Assembly: GCA_025558095.1 (NCBI GenBank)
Contig: JAIVFI010000001.1
Location: forward strand, 434,001 to 498,000
Length of the DNA: 64,000 bases
Origin: Hyaloraphidium curvatum SAG 235-1
Lineage: Eukaryota; Fungi; Monoblepharomycota
Reading direction: 5' to 3'
A program made the translations under genes and the position numbers. Below, piece after piece: positions 10,879 through 21,429 of this stretch. The notes under the pieces were generated by a model. The model was not told the DNA's origin, did not search any database, and saw only the letters and a program-made list of their open reading frames with translations. The number at the start of each line of letters is the position of its first letter. Positions within the stretch are counted from its first letter, which is position 1.

Positions 10879-13006
10879 ATGCTGTTTCTGGAATCCCTTT
10901 CCTCGCCGTCGGACCCAGTCAGTCACCGGGATGAGGGCGTCCGCGCGCTTGCCGAGGCGCTGAAGGACAACTCGGCGCTGAAGGCCCTGAACCTGTGCCA
11001 CAACGATTTCACGGAAGAGGGCGCCCGCGCGCTTGCCGAGGCGCTGAAGGGCAACTTGGCTCTGACGATCCTGAACCTGAGCGGCCTGGGCAGCTTCTGC
11101 ATCGGGGAAGAGGGCGCTCGCGCTCTCGCCGAGGCGGTGAAGGTCAACGCGACGCTCACGACCCTGGACCTGCGCAACACCTCCATCGAAGACGACGGCG
11201 CCCGCGCACTCGCCGAGGCGCTGAAAGGCAACTCGACGCTGGCAAGGCTGGACCTGGCCGATAACAAAGTCGGGAACGAGGGTGCTCGCGCGAACGGCGA
11301 GGCGCTGAGCGGAAATTCGGCGTTGGCGACGCTGGGGCTGCGCGACAACCGCACCGGAGACGAGGGTGCCTGCGCGCTCGCCGAGGCTCTGAGGAGGAAC
11401 TCGACGCTGACGACCCTGGAGCTGAGCGGCAACCGCATCGGCGACGAGGGCGCTGGCGCGCTCCTTTCCGCGCTCGAGTTCAACCCGTCCCTGACGAAGC
11501 TCGTCGTGAAGCTTCCAGACGATGAATTCAATCAAATCTCCAGCCCCCTTCGCAGGGCGATCGAGAAGGCGGTCAACGATCCGGGAAGGAAGGAGCGGGC
11601 GCTGCAGAAGCGGCGGGAGCTCGAGGCGGAGCGCACCTCGGCCGCCGAGCGCGCGCGGGCAGCCGAACGAGCGCGGGAGGCCGAGCGGGCGCGGGAAGCG
11701 GAGCGGGCGCGGGAAGCGGAGCGGCAGCGTGCAGCAGAGGCCGGGCGGCGGAGGATCGAAGCCCAATAGCAGGCCGCGCGGCAACGGCAGCGCGAAGCCG
11801 GCGAGGCAGAAGCCCGTAGGAGGCAGCAGATCGAGGATGACGCCCGGGCACGGCGGGAGCAGGAGGCGGAGCTGGCCCGTCGGATGGAACAACTGCGTCT
11901 GGGCGAGCAGGAACTGGAGCGCAAGAGGGTCGAGGTCGAGGAGATGGCCAAGCAGAAGACGAGATTCGCGGGCGACATCGGACATCACTTCGATCCCCGG
12001 CAAAGCAGCACCGGCGACCAAGACCCCGCACATACACCGCAGCTCCAACGAGATCCTCCCCAGCGACCTGCAAGAGGGAGCTCGCCTCGGCGCAGGCTCC
12101 TTTGGCGAAGTTTTTGAGGGGTTGTACCAGCGGCACACGCGGGACGCAATGAAGCTCGTCAAGATCGACGGGTCTCCGAAATCTCTTGAGCGGAAGAGGG
12201 CTGAGTTCGAGCAGGAGATGGCAGTCTGGGCCGCGATACCGTACCACGACAATGGTAAGCTGCATTGCGAGTAGGTGTCGCTCCTGCTGCTTCCTCACGT
12301 CGAACATGCAGTGCAACCTCTCATTGGATGGTGCAAGGAGCCGTTCTGCATGGTCACTCGCTTAATGGCCAATGGCACGGCCCGCGACTACCTCGCCAAG
12401 AAGGGCTGGCACCGCCCCGCTATCCTCGCCGTGCTCTTTGGCGTTGCACGCGGCATGAACCACCTCCATTCCCGGCCGACCCCAATCCTGCACTCGGACC
12501 TCAAGGGCGCTAACGTGCTCGTGGACGAGAACGGGACTGCCAAGGTGGCCGACTTCGGGCTGAGCAAGATCCGCCACGGGTCGACGGCCGGGCACACCAA
12601 CTTCGTCGGGGGGAACTCTGGTATACATGGCTCCGGAAGGCAGGTGGTGTCGGTGCCCCGGTACAACATCGCTGACAAATCCGTTACTGCAGTGTGGGCC
12701 AACCGTCGCGGCCGCGCCTCGGACGTGTACGCCTTCGGCATGATGATGTGGGAGTTCTGGTCCAAGGGCGACATGCCGCTGGAGGACGAGATGGAGGAAG
12801 AGGGCATCATGCTGCTGCATCTCGGGGAGTTGATCAAGAAGGACCCCGACTTCCGGCCAAAGCGCCCGGATCTGTGCCCCGACCAGGTATGGAGCTTGAT
12901 GCAGTGGTGCTGGGCGTTCGATCCTGCCGCGAGGCCTAACTTTGGGGAGGTCGCGGACGCGCTTAAGGTCATCATCGACCGCACGGACGTGGTGTTCATC
13001 AAGTAG
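10879..13006 (+). pseudogene. RI/NLRC3-type LRR + coiled coil + TKL-like protein kinase, disrupted
   Basis: 28-aa LRRs (GARALAEALKxNxTLxxLxLxxN), an E/R coiled coil, and kinase motifs GAGSFG, HSDLKGANVLV, DFG, DVYAFG. Lesions: in-frame TAG at 11767, a frameshift at ~11960-11990, and an extra G in the G6 run at 12608-12613 that shifts GGTLVYMAPE out of frame. Confidence 0.8.
11641..11725 (+). repeat. 18-bp tandem repeat encoding (AERARE)n
   Basis: About four units of gccgagcgggcgcgggaa-like sequence in the coiled-coil region. Confidence 0.75.
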
Positions 13007-13144
13007 ATTCAGCAATCATCATCGGGCGGGAACCGGCACGCGCGGCGGCAACCGCATGTACGTCCCATCCAAACGCGGGGAGCCCGGCGGAGCCCGGCTG
13101 CACACCGGCACCGCCCCCGCCCGCTCATCCCCGCCCCAGTAAGA

Positions 13145-13394
13145 CTAGAGCGAAGCGAGCCTCCCGAAGCACTCCCAGAACGCGTCCAGCTCCCCTTCTC
13201 CGCTCAATATGTGCCCTCCCTCCTCAAGCACCACCACTTCCTTCAGATCCCGCTGATCGAACCACGCCGCGGCCCTCGCCATGTGCCCCGGCAGCACGTT
13301 CTTGTCGTCCTTGGCGTAGAGCACCGAAACAGGGATCCCCCTCACCGTCTCATGCAACCCCGCCGCGTAATCCGATCCGTCCAGCAGTGCCAGC
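13145..13394 (-). pseudogene. Orphan C-terminal fragment of an alpha/beta-hydrolase
   Basis: LALLDGSDYAAGLHETVRGIPVSVLYAKDDKNVLPGH...VVLEEGGHIL carries the acid (D) and His motifs. There is no room for an N-terminus because the next gene ends at 13426. Confidence 0.6.
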
Positions 13395-13425
13395 TATTCC
13401 GCCGACTCCACCAGCCGCCTGCTGA

Positions 13426-15432
13426 TCACGCAACGTACATCATTGCAAGAAGCAGGCCGATGACGAGTGCCGGCAGAGCAAAGAGGGCGGCCGATCTCAA
13501 GGCCTTCGCCCCGGAAGGCCTCCCCGGGGCAATGGTGCTCACCGCCGCCGCGCTCGTCGCCGTTGCAACCACTGCCTCGCTCGACGTCGAGCAGTCCAGG
13601 TCCGGGGCTTGTTCTCCGCTGAGCACCCTGACCGCCCTGGCGCACCATCCGCCGGCCCGCTCCGGACACATCATTCCGTTGCTCACAATCGAAGGCGCCG
13701 GCTCCCCGGGCGCGAGCAAAGTGCAGTCGCGATCCGAGAACCATGAGCACCGGTCAGGATCCGGCCCGCGGCACTGCGCCACCCGCCCGGCTCCCCGCAC
13801 GGCAACGTAGTTCCCCTTGTCCGAACAGGAGCGCATGCAGGTCCAGTCAGCCAGCTGCGGTGTCGGATAGGGCCCCGGTGGCGCAGTTGTTTGGGTTAGA
13901 AGCGAGGCGTTCTCGTATCTCCACTCTGGCCGGAACGCGAGCCCGATCCTGACACACCAAGAGTCCCTACAGGGGCAGACGCAGCCATCGTCCCAGAAAT
14001 CCAAGAACTCTACCGTGTAGCAGACATGGCCTCCTGCGGCCGCGCTCGGCGCTGGTCCCACCGCGGTCTCCCCGAGGCACGGGCCCTGGCCTGCAACGCA
14101 AGAGTCGGGCCAAGGAACCTCGGTAGTGCAGCCTGCGTCCGCGTACGCGAAGCACCTATCGCCATCCGGGCCGGCACACTGGATGGAGTCCATCTTCTTA
14201 CCATAGAACGGCTCGTTAAAGTCGACGAGCCGGACCTTCATGTACGGGCTGCACTTGACTCCGACGCAGTGCCAATCCGATAGGGGCGTAGGTGGAGGAA
14301 AGGGGGTGGTCGTGGCTGTGGTAGTGGTTGACGTGCGGGTCGGGGTCACCGGAGCCGCCAGGCCCGGGCACTCGTAGTTCGGCGGGTTGCCGCGCAGCGC
14401 GGCGTCAGCGGCGAGCTTGCACCACCCCGAGTCCGTCTGGTCGCAGGTGGCGCCACTGGTGAGGCGACCTCCGTCCTCCTTGAACAGATACTCGAATGAA
14501 GGTTTTGGCTCGCCCGGGGCAAGGACGGAAAGAGCCAAGTCGGTGTACCAGGAGCAATGCGAGCTGTCTGGCCCGTGGCAGACGACCCTGTGCCCGGCAC
14601 GCCTGATCCGGAGGTAGTTCCCGTTGTCCTCGCAGGACCGTACGGTCATCCAGGGCCCGAAAAAGGTCACGTTGCTCGAGGTCTCCGTGACGTCCAAGCA
14701 CCCTTCGGGCTTCGCGGGCTTCAAGATGTAGCTGTACACCTCACCGCACCAGCTGTAACTCTCGTTCCAGCTAATGGTGCCGTTGGTGCTGACTGCGGAG
14801 CAGTTGGCACCCCCGCCTAAGACGGGGTCCCCATTCGTCGGATGTGTACAGAATGGATCCGAGAACAGGCTGCAGGTGCCGTTCACCGGTCCCTCGCAGC
14901 GGGCGCGGTAATGCAGCTCCGGATCGTAGGCTTTCTTGCCCGTCAAAGCGGAGGCCCTGATCCAAGCGCAGCCCAGGGACGGCGCCCGGACGCACGAGCC
15001 GGTGCCATTGTACCGGCCGCACGTGAAACCCCACGGCGAGGACCGGCGAGAGAGGCGGCGGGAAGAGTAGTACGATGCAGGGCCGCCATCGCACCAGCCG
15101 ATACATTGGGAGGCCTGGAAGTTGTTGTACCGCCCTTGGTCGACGGAGCGACAGACCAGAAAGCCGGTGGCGGGGTCGATGACCTCCCTGAGCGTGAGGC
15201 CGTAGGCCGCAGCGTTCGGTACGAGGGCAAATAGAGCAACAAAACCGATTGCGGCCGCGCCAAGGCGGAGCGCGGCGGCCGGGGAGAGGGGAATCGCGGC
15301 GGCCGGAGCCCGACGGAGGGCGGCGGTCTGGGCGCCGCGGAGGGTGCCCAGCCCGGGTCGAAAACGCCGGGGGCTCTGCGGCGATATTGTGCGAGCGTCT
15401 GCAGCGGTGTCCAATGGCGTCAGCGTCGCCAT
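13426..15432 (-). CDS. Secreted/surface protein with 3-4 Cys-rich repeats, Thr linker and hydrophobic C-terminal anchor
   Basis: Hydrophobic leader IGFVALFALVPNAAA; repeats of the form W..RSC.D.GNY..IR.AG..V.C.GPD...CSW..D..C..LAPGEP.PS...GWC; C-terminal ALFALPALVIGLLLAMMYVA (GPI/TM-like). Confidence 0.8.
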   Translation of the reverse strand: MATLTPLDTAADARTISPQSPRRFRPGLGTLRGAQTAALRRAPAAAIPLSPAAALRLGAAAIGFVALFALVPNAAAYGLTLREVIDPATGFLVCRSVDQGRYNNFQASQCIGWCDGGPASYYSSRRLSRRSSPWGFTCGRYNGTGSCVRAPSLGCAWIRASALTGKKAYDPELHYRARCEGPVNGTCSLFSDPFCTHPTNGDPVLGGGANCSAVSTNGTISWNESYSWCGEVYSYILKPAKPEGCLDVTETSSNVTFFGPWMTVRSCEDNGNYLRIRRAGHRVVCHGPDSSHCSWYTDLALSVLAPGEPKPSFEYLFKEDGGRLTSGATCDQTDSGWCKLAADAALRGNPPNYECPGLAAPVTPTRTSTTTTATTTPFPPPTPLSDWHCVGVKCSPYMKVRLVDFNEPFYGKKMDSIQCAGPDGDRCFAYADAGCTTEVPWPDSCVAGQGPCLGETAVGPAPSAAAGGHVCYTVEFLDFWDDGCVCPCRDSWCVRIGLAFRPEWRYENASLLTQTTAPPGPYPTPQLADWTCMRSCSDKGNYVAVRGAGRVAQCRGPDPDRCSWFSDRDCTLLAPGEPAPSIVSNGMMCPERAGGWCARAVRVLSGEQAPDLDCSTSSEAVVATATSAAAVSTIAPGRPSGAKALRSAALFALPALVIGLLLAMMYVA

Positions 15433-15489
15433 TCGATGTGAGGTTGTTCGTCGGAGTCACTCGTTCATGTGGCGCAGGCCAGGGATTCC

Positions 15490-15610
15490 GTCGGGCTGCC
15501 GAGGCGCACCGGGCACGTGCCGCCCCTGCTCTTGGATCTCCGCCGCTGTTGGGCCCTCGGGCCGGCCCTGTCTGCCTTGGGGTGCACTGTTTCAGCGCAC
15601 GCAGACAGGA
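15490..15610 (+). repeat. Dispersed non-coding repeat, copy 1 (family A)
   Basis: gtcgggctgccgaggcgcaccgg...ccctgctc...ttggggtgcactgtttcagcgcacgcaga aligns with 27406-27537. Confidence 0.65.
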
Positions 15611-15662
15611 GCGACCACACGGTGCGTCCCTGTCGACCATTCGGCGAGAATGCCAGTCAAGT

Positions 15663-15725
15663 GGGTGAGACAGCAATCTAATTGGAACAATCAAATGGGT
15701 GACAGAGCAATCTAATTGGAACAAT
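15663..15725. repeat. Short tandem duplication (~30 bp x2)
   Basis: gggtga...gcaatctaattggaacaat occurs twice in succession, just downstream of the helicase-PHD stop. Confidence 0.8.
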
Positions 15726-15737
15726 GACAAGCTTCTT

Positions 15738-18700
15738 CTAGCGGCAGGACCTCTTGTTCTTGGCGCACGAGCTGCACACAAAGTCGCCCTGCGAGGCATC
15801 GTGGCCCTCGGCGCAGCAGGCGGCATGCACGACGGTATCGCAGCGCATGCACTCGACAAAGTCGTCGGCGTCCCGGTCCAGCGCCTCCTCGCAGTCGCAG
15901 CGGATGCGCAGCCAGTTCGTGACGTTCCAGGCCAGGCCGATGCAGAGCTCGCTCTCGTCGCCCTCGTCGCGGAAGGCGATGGTGATCGGGGCGATCGGCA
16001 CGCCGGGGGCGCGGATTTCGCGCAGGCTGCGGAGCTCGACCAGGTCGGGGTACAGCCTCCTGCGCGCGATCTCCGTCAGGCGGTCGACCATGTCGTCAAA
16101 AACCTGGCGGGCCGTGTTGAAGACCTCGTCCTTGGTGTTCTTGTCGATGACCGCCACCAGGGCATCGGGGTCGATCTGCGCGGAGGAGGCGTCAGGTAGC
16201 TGTGTGCACGGTACCAAATCCGGCATACCTTGAAGCGCTCGCTGCTGGTGGCGGTGATCTTCTCCCAGAGGTCCTTGAAATCGACGTCGTCGGACGGTTC
16301 GTCCTCGAGGGAGCAGAACGCGGACTCGTAGTAGATGAAGCCGAGCATCTTGAGGAGCATGTCCCGCTCCCAAACCTCGAACTCGGGAAGCAAGGCGTCC
16401 TTGAAGGGCTTGAGCAGCTCCGGCCTCTTGATCGGCGACCACCCCAGGAGGCCGAGGTTCGCGCGGGCCTGGCGGAGCTTGGGGTACACGGCCTGCTCCG
16501 GGAACGGCCCGCGAGCGGCGCGCCCGATTGTGAGGTAGGGCGACTCGTCGAGGCGGCGCTTGATGCGCTTGGTCAGGTCCTCGTTGAACTCGAGGACCTC
16601 CTTGATGTACGCTGCGCAGGCGTCGTCCAAGGCTACCAGCACTGGCATGCGGCCGGGCAGGCCGCTCATGTGGTGGCCGGCGATGCGGCCGACCCCCTGG
16701 TAAACGTCGACCATGACCTTGCGCTTGAGCTGGACGATGTCGGACTTGGCCAAGAGGATCGTGGGCGCCAGGTCGTGCCAGAACGTCTTGAGAGTCAGCC
16801 CCTCCTTCATGAGCCTGTGGTGTAGGGCGGTCAGAATGAGTGTCTTGCGGCGAGTGGCACCCGGTTGAGGTCAACTTACTTGTCGCCGATGGTGACGACC
16901 AAGAGGTCCGAGATGTCGGCCCTCGCGGCCTCGAAGGCGGCGTAAATGATCGACAGCGCACCGCGCACGCGGTACAGCAGCCCCTTGGGGAGGCAGATCT
17001 CGTGCTCGTCGTCCGAAACGTGCCAGTCCGAGCCCATGCGTTCCGGGGTCATGGTCTTTTTGCTGAGGATCAGGAACTTCCCCTCGCGGTGCGGGTGGGG
17101 CACCCAGGTCCCGTTGTGGGGCTGGATGGCGCCGTACTTGTCGGGGTAGAGCCGCTTGAGCTCCTGCAGCTGGGCCGGGCTGATGAAGACATCCTGCTCG
17201 CCGGGCAGCAGGTAGCGGCCGACGATCGCAACCGCGGCCTTGTTCAGGAAGATGGACGGGCCGCGTGCGCCCAGGGAGGCGTAGCCCGTGAGGGCCACGA
17301 CGGGGCGCTCGGCCTCGAGGGTGTTGAAAGCAACAGAAAGGGCGAGGTCGTGGAGCTCGCTGTTGTTCTTGAAGCCGCCCAGCACGACGACGTGTTCGGG
17401 CTGCCCGGTCCGCACGGGGACCAAGGCATTCACGAAGTCAAGCACGATGCTCCTCTGCGGCGCGTCGGGCGAGATGTGCGACGTGTCCAGGCCGGCGATC
17501 CGCGTGCCGGCGTCCGCGAGCGAAACAATGGGGATGCGGTTCTCGGGCGAGACGCTCTCGGTGAGGCCAAAGTAGGTAGATTTGAGGTCCATGAAGATCA
17601 TCTGGGCCGACCTGTCGGAATTGCACACGACCGAAGGCGCGTGCGTGGCCGACACCTCGACGAACATCCCCACGGCGTCGATCAGCTGGGGGTTCAGGTT
17701 GAGGGCCAGGGTGCAGTCGAAGCCGTTGTGGAAGAGCCACTTGCTCGCCGCGGGCTGGAGGCAGTGGCGCAGCTGGTGGCTCTGGACCTTGAGGGCCTCC
17801 TCGATGCGGAGGCGGCAGTCGGGGGTCTTGTTGATGTTCTGGCTCTCGTCGACGAACATGACCACGTTGGCGCGGGCACCCTCGCGCCACACGCCGTAGT
17901 GCTCGACGATGGCGGGGAGGTCCTTCTCGATGGCGCTGCGCACGTTCTGCGCCGTGGCCAGGCGGCATCGTATGAGCGGGCGCAAGAAGGGGCGGTTGTT
18001 GCGCAGGCAGATGAGCTTGGAGGGAAAGTCCTCCCTCTCCTGGAGCGTCGAGAGCTCGAAGAGGTACTCGTCGACGTCGCACTGGATGTCGTTGGCCTTG
18101 ATGAAGGAGCGGATCTTGTCGTTGAAGGAGCGGAGCGAGTGCTGCATGTCGGAGTAGCTGGTGGCGTCGTTGCGGAGAAACATGTACGGGAACAGGCCGT
18201 GGCGGAAGAAAGACACATAGGCCAAGGCAATCATCTCGGCGGTCTTGCCCAGCTGGCACTGCCCGACGAGGTGCAGCATCGCACGCTCGTCCGGGTAGGA
18301 GAGCTGGCCGGCCTTGGAGTGCAGGAGGTTGGCGATGCACTCGTCGACGATCCTGTCCACGACGGCCTTCTTGAGGTTCCTGCGGTAGCGGTTGCGGGCG
18401 GCGTCGTATAGCTCCTGCGACGGGGGGCCGCCGAGGATGTCGCTGCCCTCGTCGCTGTCGTCCTTGATCTCGATGGGGTCCGTCGGCTGGCTGGCGCCCT
18501 CGTCGGCCGACGCCTGCGAGAAGGTCGCCCTGGTCGCCTGGATCGCGGCCAGGATGCGGTACGACTGCAGGCCCGAGCCAACGTCTGCGGCCAGGGGCAC
18601 TGCCAGATCGCCCGCGGCCAGGCTGCCGAGGAGCCAGGGGCCCGGGGGCAGCTCAAAGGCCGGGGCGCCCTTGAAGGCCTCGGCGCAGGCGCCAAAGAGC

Positions 18701-19118
18701 CCGGGGGCGCCGTCCGACAGGTCGGCGGCGATCAGGCCTTCGTTCTCGGCGGCAAAGTCGGCGAGCTTGGCGACGAGCGTGTCGATCTTGTCGGCGTCCC
18801 AGAAGACGGCGGCCTGGCGGAGCACCTGCGGAGGCAAGGTCAGCACGTTGCGGCTGCGGCACAAGGCAAGCCAGCTCACCTTGACGGCTTCGTTGACGCG
18901 CTGGGAATGCACCAGCAGCACGGGCTTGAGCATGCCGGCGGCGGCATCCGTCCCCACGAGCGCGGGCACGAAACCGGAGCCGAGCGCGGCCAGCGACTCG
19001 GGCGAGAGCGGCGCGGGTTTCATGCGGCCCTGGGGAGCCCATCAGCGCGATGCGGCGGCGCGGAAAATGCGGGGCATACCTGGACGGCGGCGGCGGAGGG
19101 GATGCCGGCGGCGGGCAT
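15738..19118 (-). CDS. Z1-type SF2 helicase/ATPase fused to a C-terminal PHD finger (~1070 aa, 4 exons)
   Basis: Exons 19118-19080, 19029-16880, 16814-16229 and 16175-15738 (GT-AG introns) form a continuous frame. Motifs: GQCQLGKT, MFVDESQ, VSAT, IGDKLMKEGLT, DVYQGVGRIAG. C-terminal C-x-C...CxxC-xxxx-H-xx-C...CxxC (IRCDCEE...ECMRCDTVVHAACC...FVCSSC). Confidence 0.8.
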
Positions 19119-19659
19119 GGTCGGTCGCTGCGGGGAGGGCGGGAGGGTCAGATCATGCCGACCACGGTCCGGGGCGGCCGGCGCGCACGGGAGCGCTCGG
19201 CGGCGAACCTACACGGCTGCTATCGGCGGCTGGGAGGGGCGGAACGCTAGCGGCGGCGGCGCAGCTGTTGTCCGAGTCCGAGTTGATAGCCTCTCAGAGG
19301 TCGGTCCCCGGCGTTTTGATCGATGATCGAAAGTCGAAGTCGACCACCGGCGGCGAGTCGGCCAACCAATCCAATCCAATCCAATCCCCCGCCCAGACGA
19401 CCAATCAGTTGCAGAGCTTGGAATCATCGGAATCGGCTATCCGTGGCGTTCATCGGGTCGCCAGATCGATCCCCTGGACAACGTCCATCAGGTTGCTTGT
19501 CCGGAAGGCACGCGAGGTTACTACCTTGGCCCGGATTGCTCCCGCCCGGATTGCTCCACATTCCTTGGCCGTGGGCTTCGCTAGCTGAGCAGAGGTCCAT
19601 CTTCCCAGTCCCTGCGTCCGGTTTCCGCTCGCGGGGACGGTCCATCCCAGGTCGTTCCG

Positions 19660-20010
19660 CCGCTCCGGGGCACTTTGGTCCCTCAGGTCACCCAGGTCGG
19701 CGGCCAGTCGTGCCCAAGAGCGCCAAAGTTCCGGCACGCCATGATTCGGCGCGTCCTCGGCGAGGCCGGCGCCTTCGACACGTCCGGCCGCCGCCTGGAT
19801 CACTCCGTGAACTGCCACTCCACCAAGCCGAGGGCCTCCACAAAAGACGGCACGCCACTCAGTGCGAGCTCAAAAGACCGCCAAGATCGCCGTGCCGCGT
19901 CGAACTTCCAGATCTCGGCCGTCGGGAGCACCGCGAGGGAGAAACGGCCGTGGCGACGGTGTACTCGGCGCGCTCCTGCGGCGGCGGAAGAGCTCCATGC
20001 GCCCCGTCCG
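19660..20010 (+). repeat. Degenerate dispersed repeat (family B); inverted counterpart at ~46990-47300
   Basis: Several colinear short blocks shared with the reverse complement of 46990-47300 (accaagccg..caaaagac.gca; cgaac.tccag..cgcgaggg.aga; ctc.gg.gc.ctttg). Confidence 0.35.
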
Positions 20011-20456
20011 CCGGTCCGTCGGCACCGAAAGGTAAGATGGCACAGGGTTCCGGGCGTGAATCGGGTTCTAGGTCCGATCGCGCGGGGGAAGGAGCGCCAC
20101 GCGGACTGCGTTACCACTTCGCGGTGACGAGAGGACGCAGCTCCCGGACTCGTCGATGGATTTGCTACGACTTTGCTGAGCAATTGCAAGATATTTCAGG
20201 ACGTGGAACAGCCCTGTACAGATGATGACCACTTATCAAGCGGGATGCGATCCGCACGAAGGTCGACCAGTCGGGCAGTCGGGTCGTAAGTGCAGACCTA
20301 GAACACCTCCGAAGTCCAAAGCTTGCCTGCCATAGCAGTGATCCGAACAAAGCTGGCTTTACTCTAGTCTCCATTCTCCATCGGACGCGAGCGGGGCGTT
20401 CGGCGTCGCTTTGTTTACGCTCTTCTCAGACCGCGGCGGCGACATTGCATTTCGCC

Positions 20457-21338
20457 ATGGCGACGCCGTGGTTCGCGTTCCTGGCCCTAGTCCCTCTACT
20501 GGTTCTCTTGCTATGGCAGGCTCCGGGGCGCGACCGGCCACTGGAGTCACAGGGACCGCGGGAGCCGCGCCTTCTTGTCTCGCTGACGACCACCGCGCGC
20601 CGGTTGCCGCACATCGGCCGGACGCTGGAATGCCTCGACGGGCAGACCGTGAAGCCCGAGCGAACAATTGTCTGGATTGCCGACAGCGGCACGGCGGCCG
20701 CGTCGGCCATGGCCCGCGCGCACCCGCGGATCGAGTTCCTGGCGGCGGAGGACGTCGGCCCCACGACCAAGCTGGCGCCCGCCCTGTCTTTGACCGCCCG
20801 CGACCCCCACAAGTCACGACTGTGGATCGTTACGGTCGACGACGACGTGGCGTACCCGAACCACACGCTGGAGCGCCTCCGCGGCGCCGCTGCCCGCGCG
20901 GAGAGAGCTGCGGCGTTGGGGCTGTCGGGGCTGCGGTTTGACTGGGCAGGCAGGGTGCTCGTGCTGACGGAGAACGGGAAAATGGCGGACATTCTGGAGG
21001 GGTTTGCGGGCGTGGCGTACCGGCGGGACGCGTTCGACGGCCCCGCGGGGACCGTCCCGCCGTTTGCCGAGTACCTCGGCGCGGCGGTCACCAACCCCGC
21101 CGCCCGCGCGAGCGACGACCTCGTGGTCTCGAACTACCTCGCCCTCCGCGGCGTCTCCCGCCGCGTCGTCTCCTTCCCCGACCTGTCGAAGCACACCCTG
21201 TTCGCCGAGGGCAGGGTGCTCCGCCTGGGCGAGGGCGACGACGCGCTGCACAAGGACGGGCGGTGGGGGTCGACGATGCTGCGGTACGTCGAGGCGGCAA
21301 GGTGGCTCAGGGCCAGGGGGTGGTGGGCGATGGACTGA
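20457..21338 (+). CDS. Type II membrane GT-A fold glycosyltransferase (GT2-like)
   Basis: N-terminal TM, VSLTTTARRL...LDGQTVKP, EDVGPTTKLAPAL, IVTVDDDVAYP (DxD), SDDLVVSNYL. Intronless. Confidence 0.75.
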   Translation: MATPWFAFLALVPLLVLLLWQAPGRDRPLESQGPREPRLLVSLTTTARRLPHIGRTLECLDGQTVKPERTIVWIADSGTAAASAMARAHPRIEFLAAEDVGPTTKLAPALSLTARDPHKSRLWIVTVDDDVAYPNHTLERLRGAAARAERAAALGLSGLRFDWAGRVLVLTENGKMADILEGFAGVAYRRDAFDGPAGTVPPFAEYLGAAVTNPAARASDDLVVSNYLALRGVSRRVVSFPDLSKHTLFAEGRVLRLGEGDDALHKDGRWGSTMLRYVEAARWLRARGWWAMD

Positions 21339-21429
21339 ACCCCTCGGCGCGGGAGGGGGCGGCAGGGGCGAGTGGAGGCACGGGCCCGACTTCTGAGCAC
21401 TCCACGTCAGCGGTGCACAACCCTCGTAA

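Noticed and set aside
11767-11769. Programmed stop-codon readthrough or alternative genetic code
   Set aside because: The same gene has two further frameshifts, and TAG terminates many intact genes in the window.
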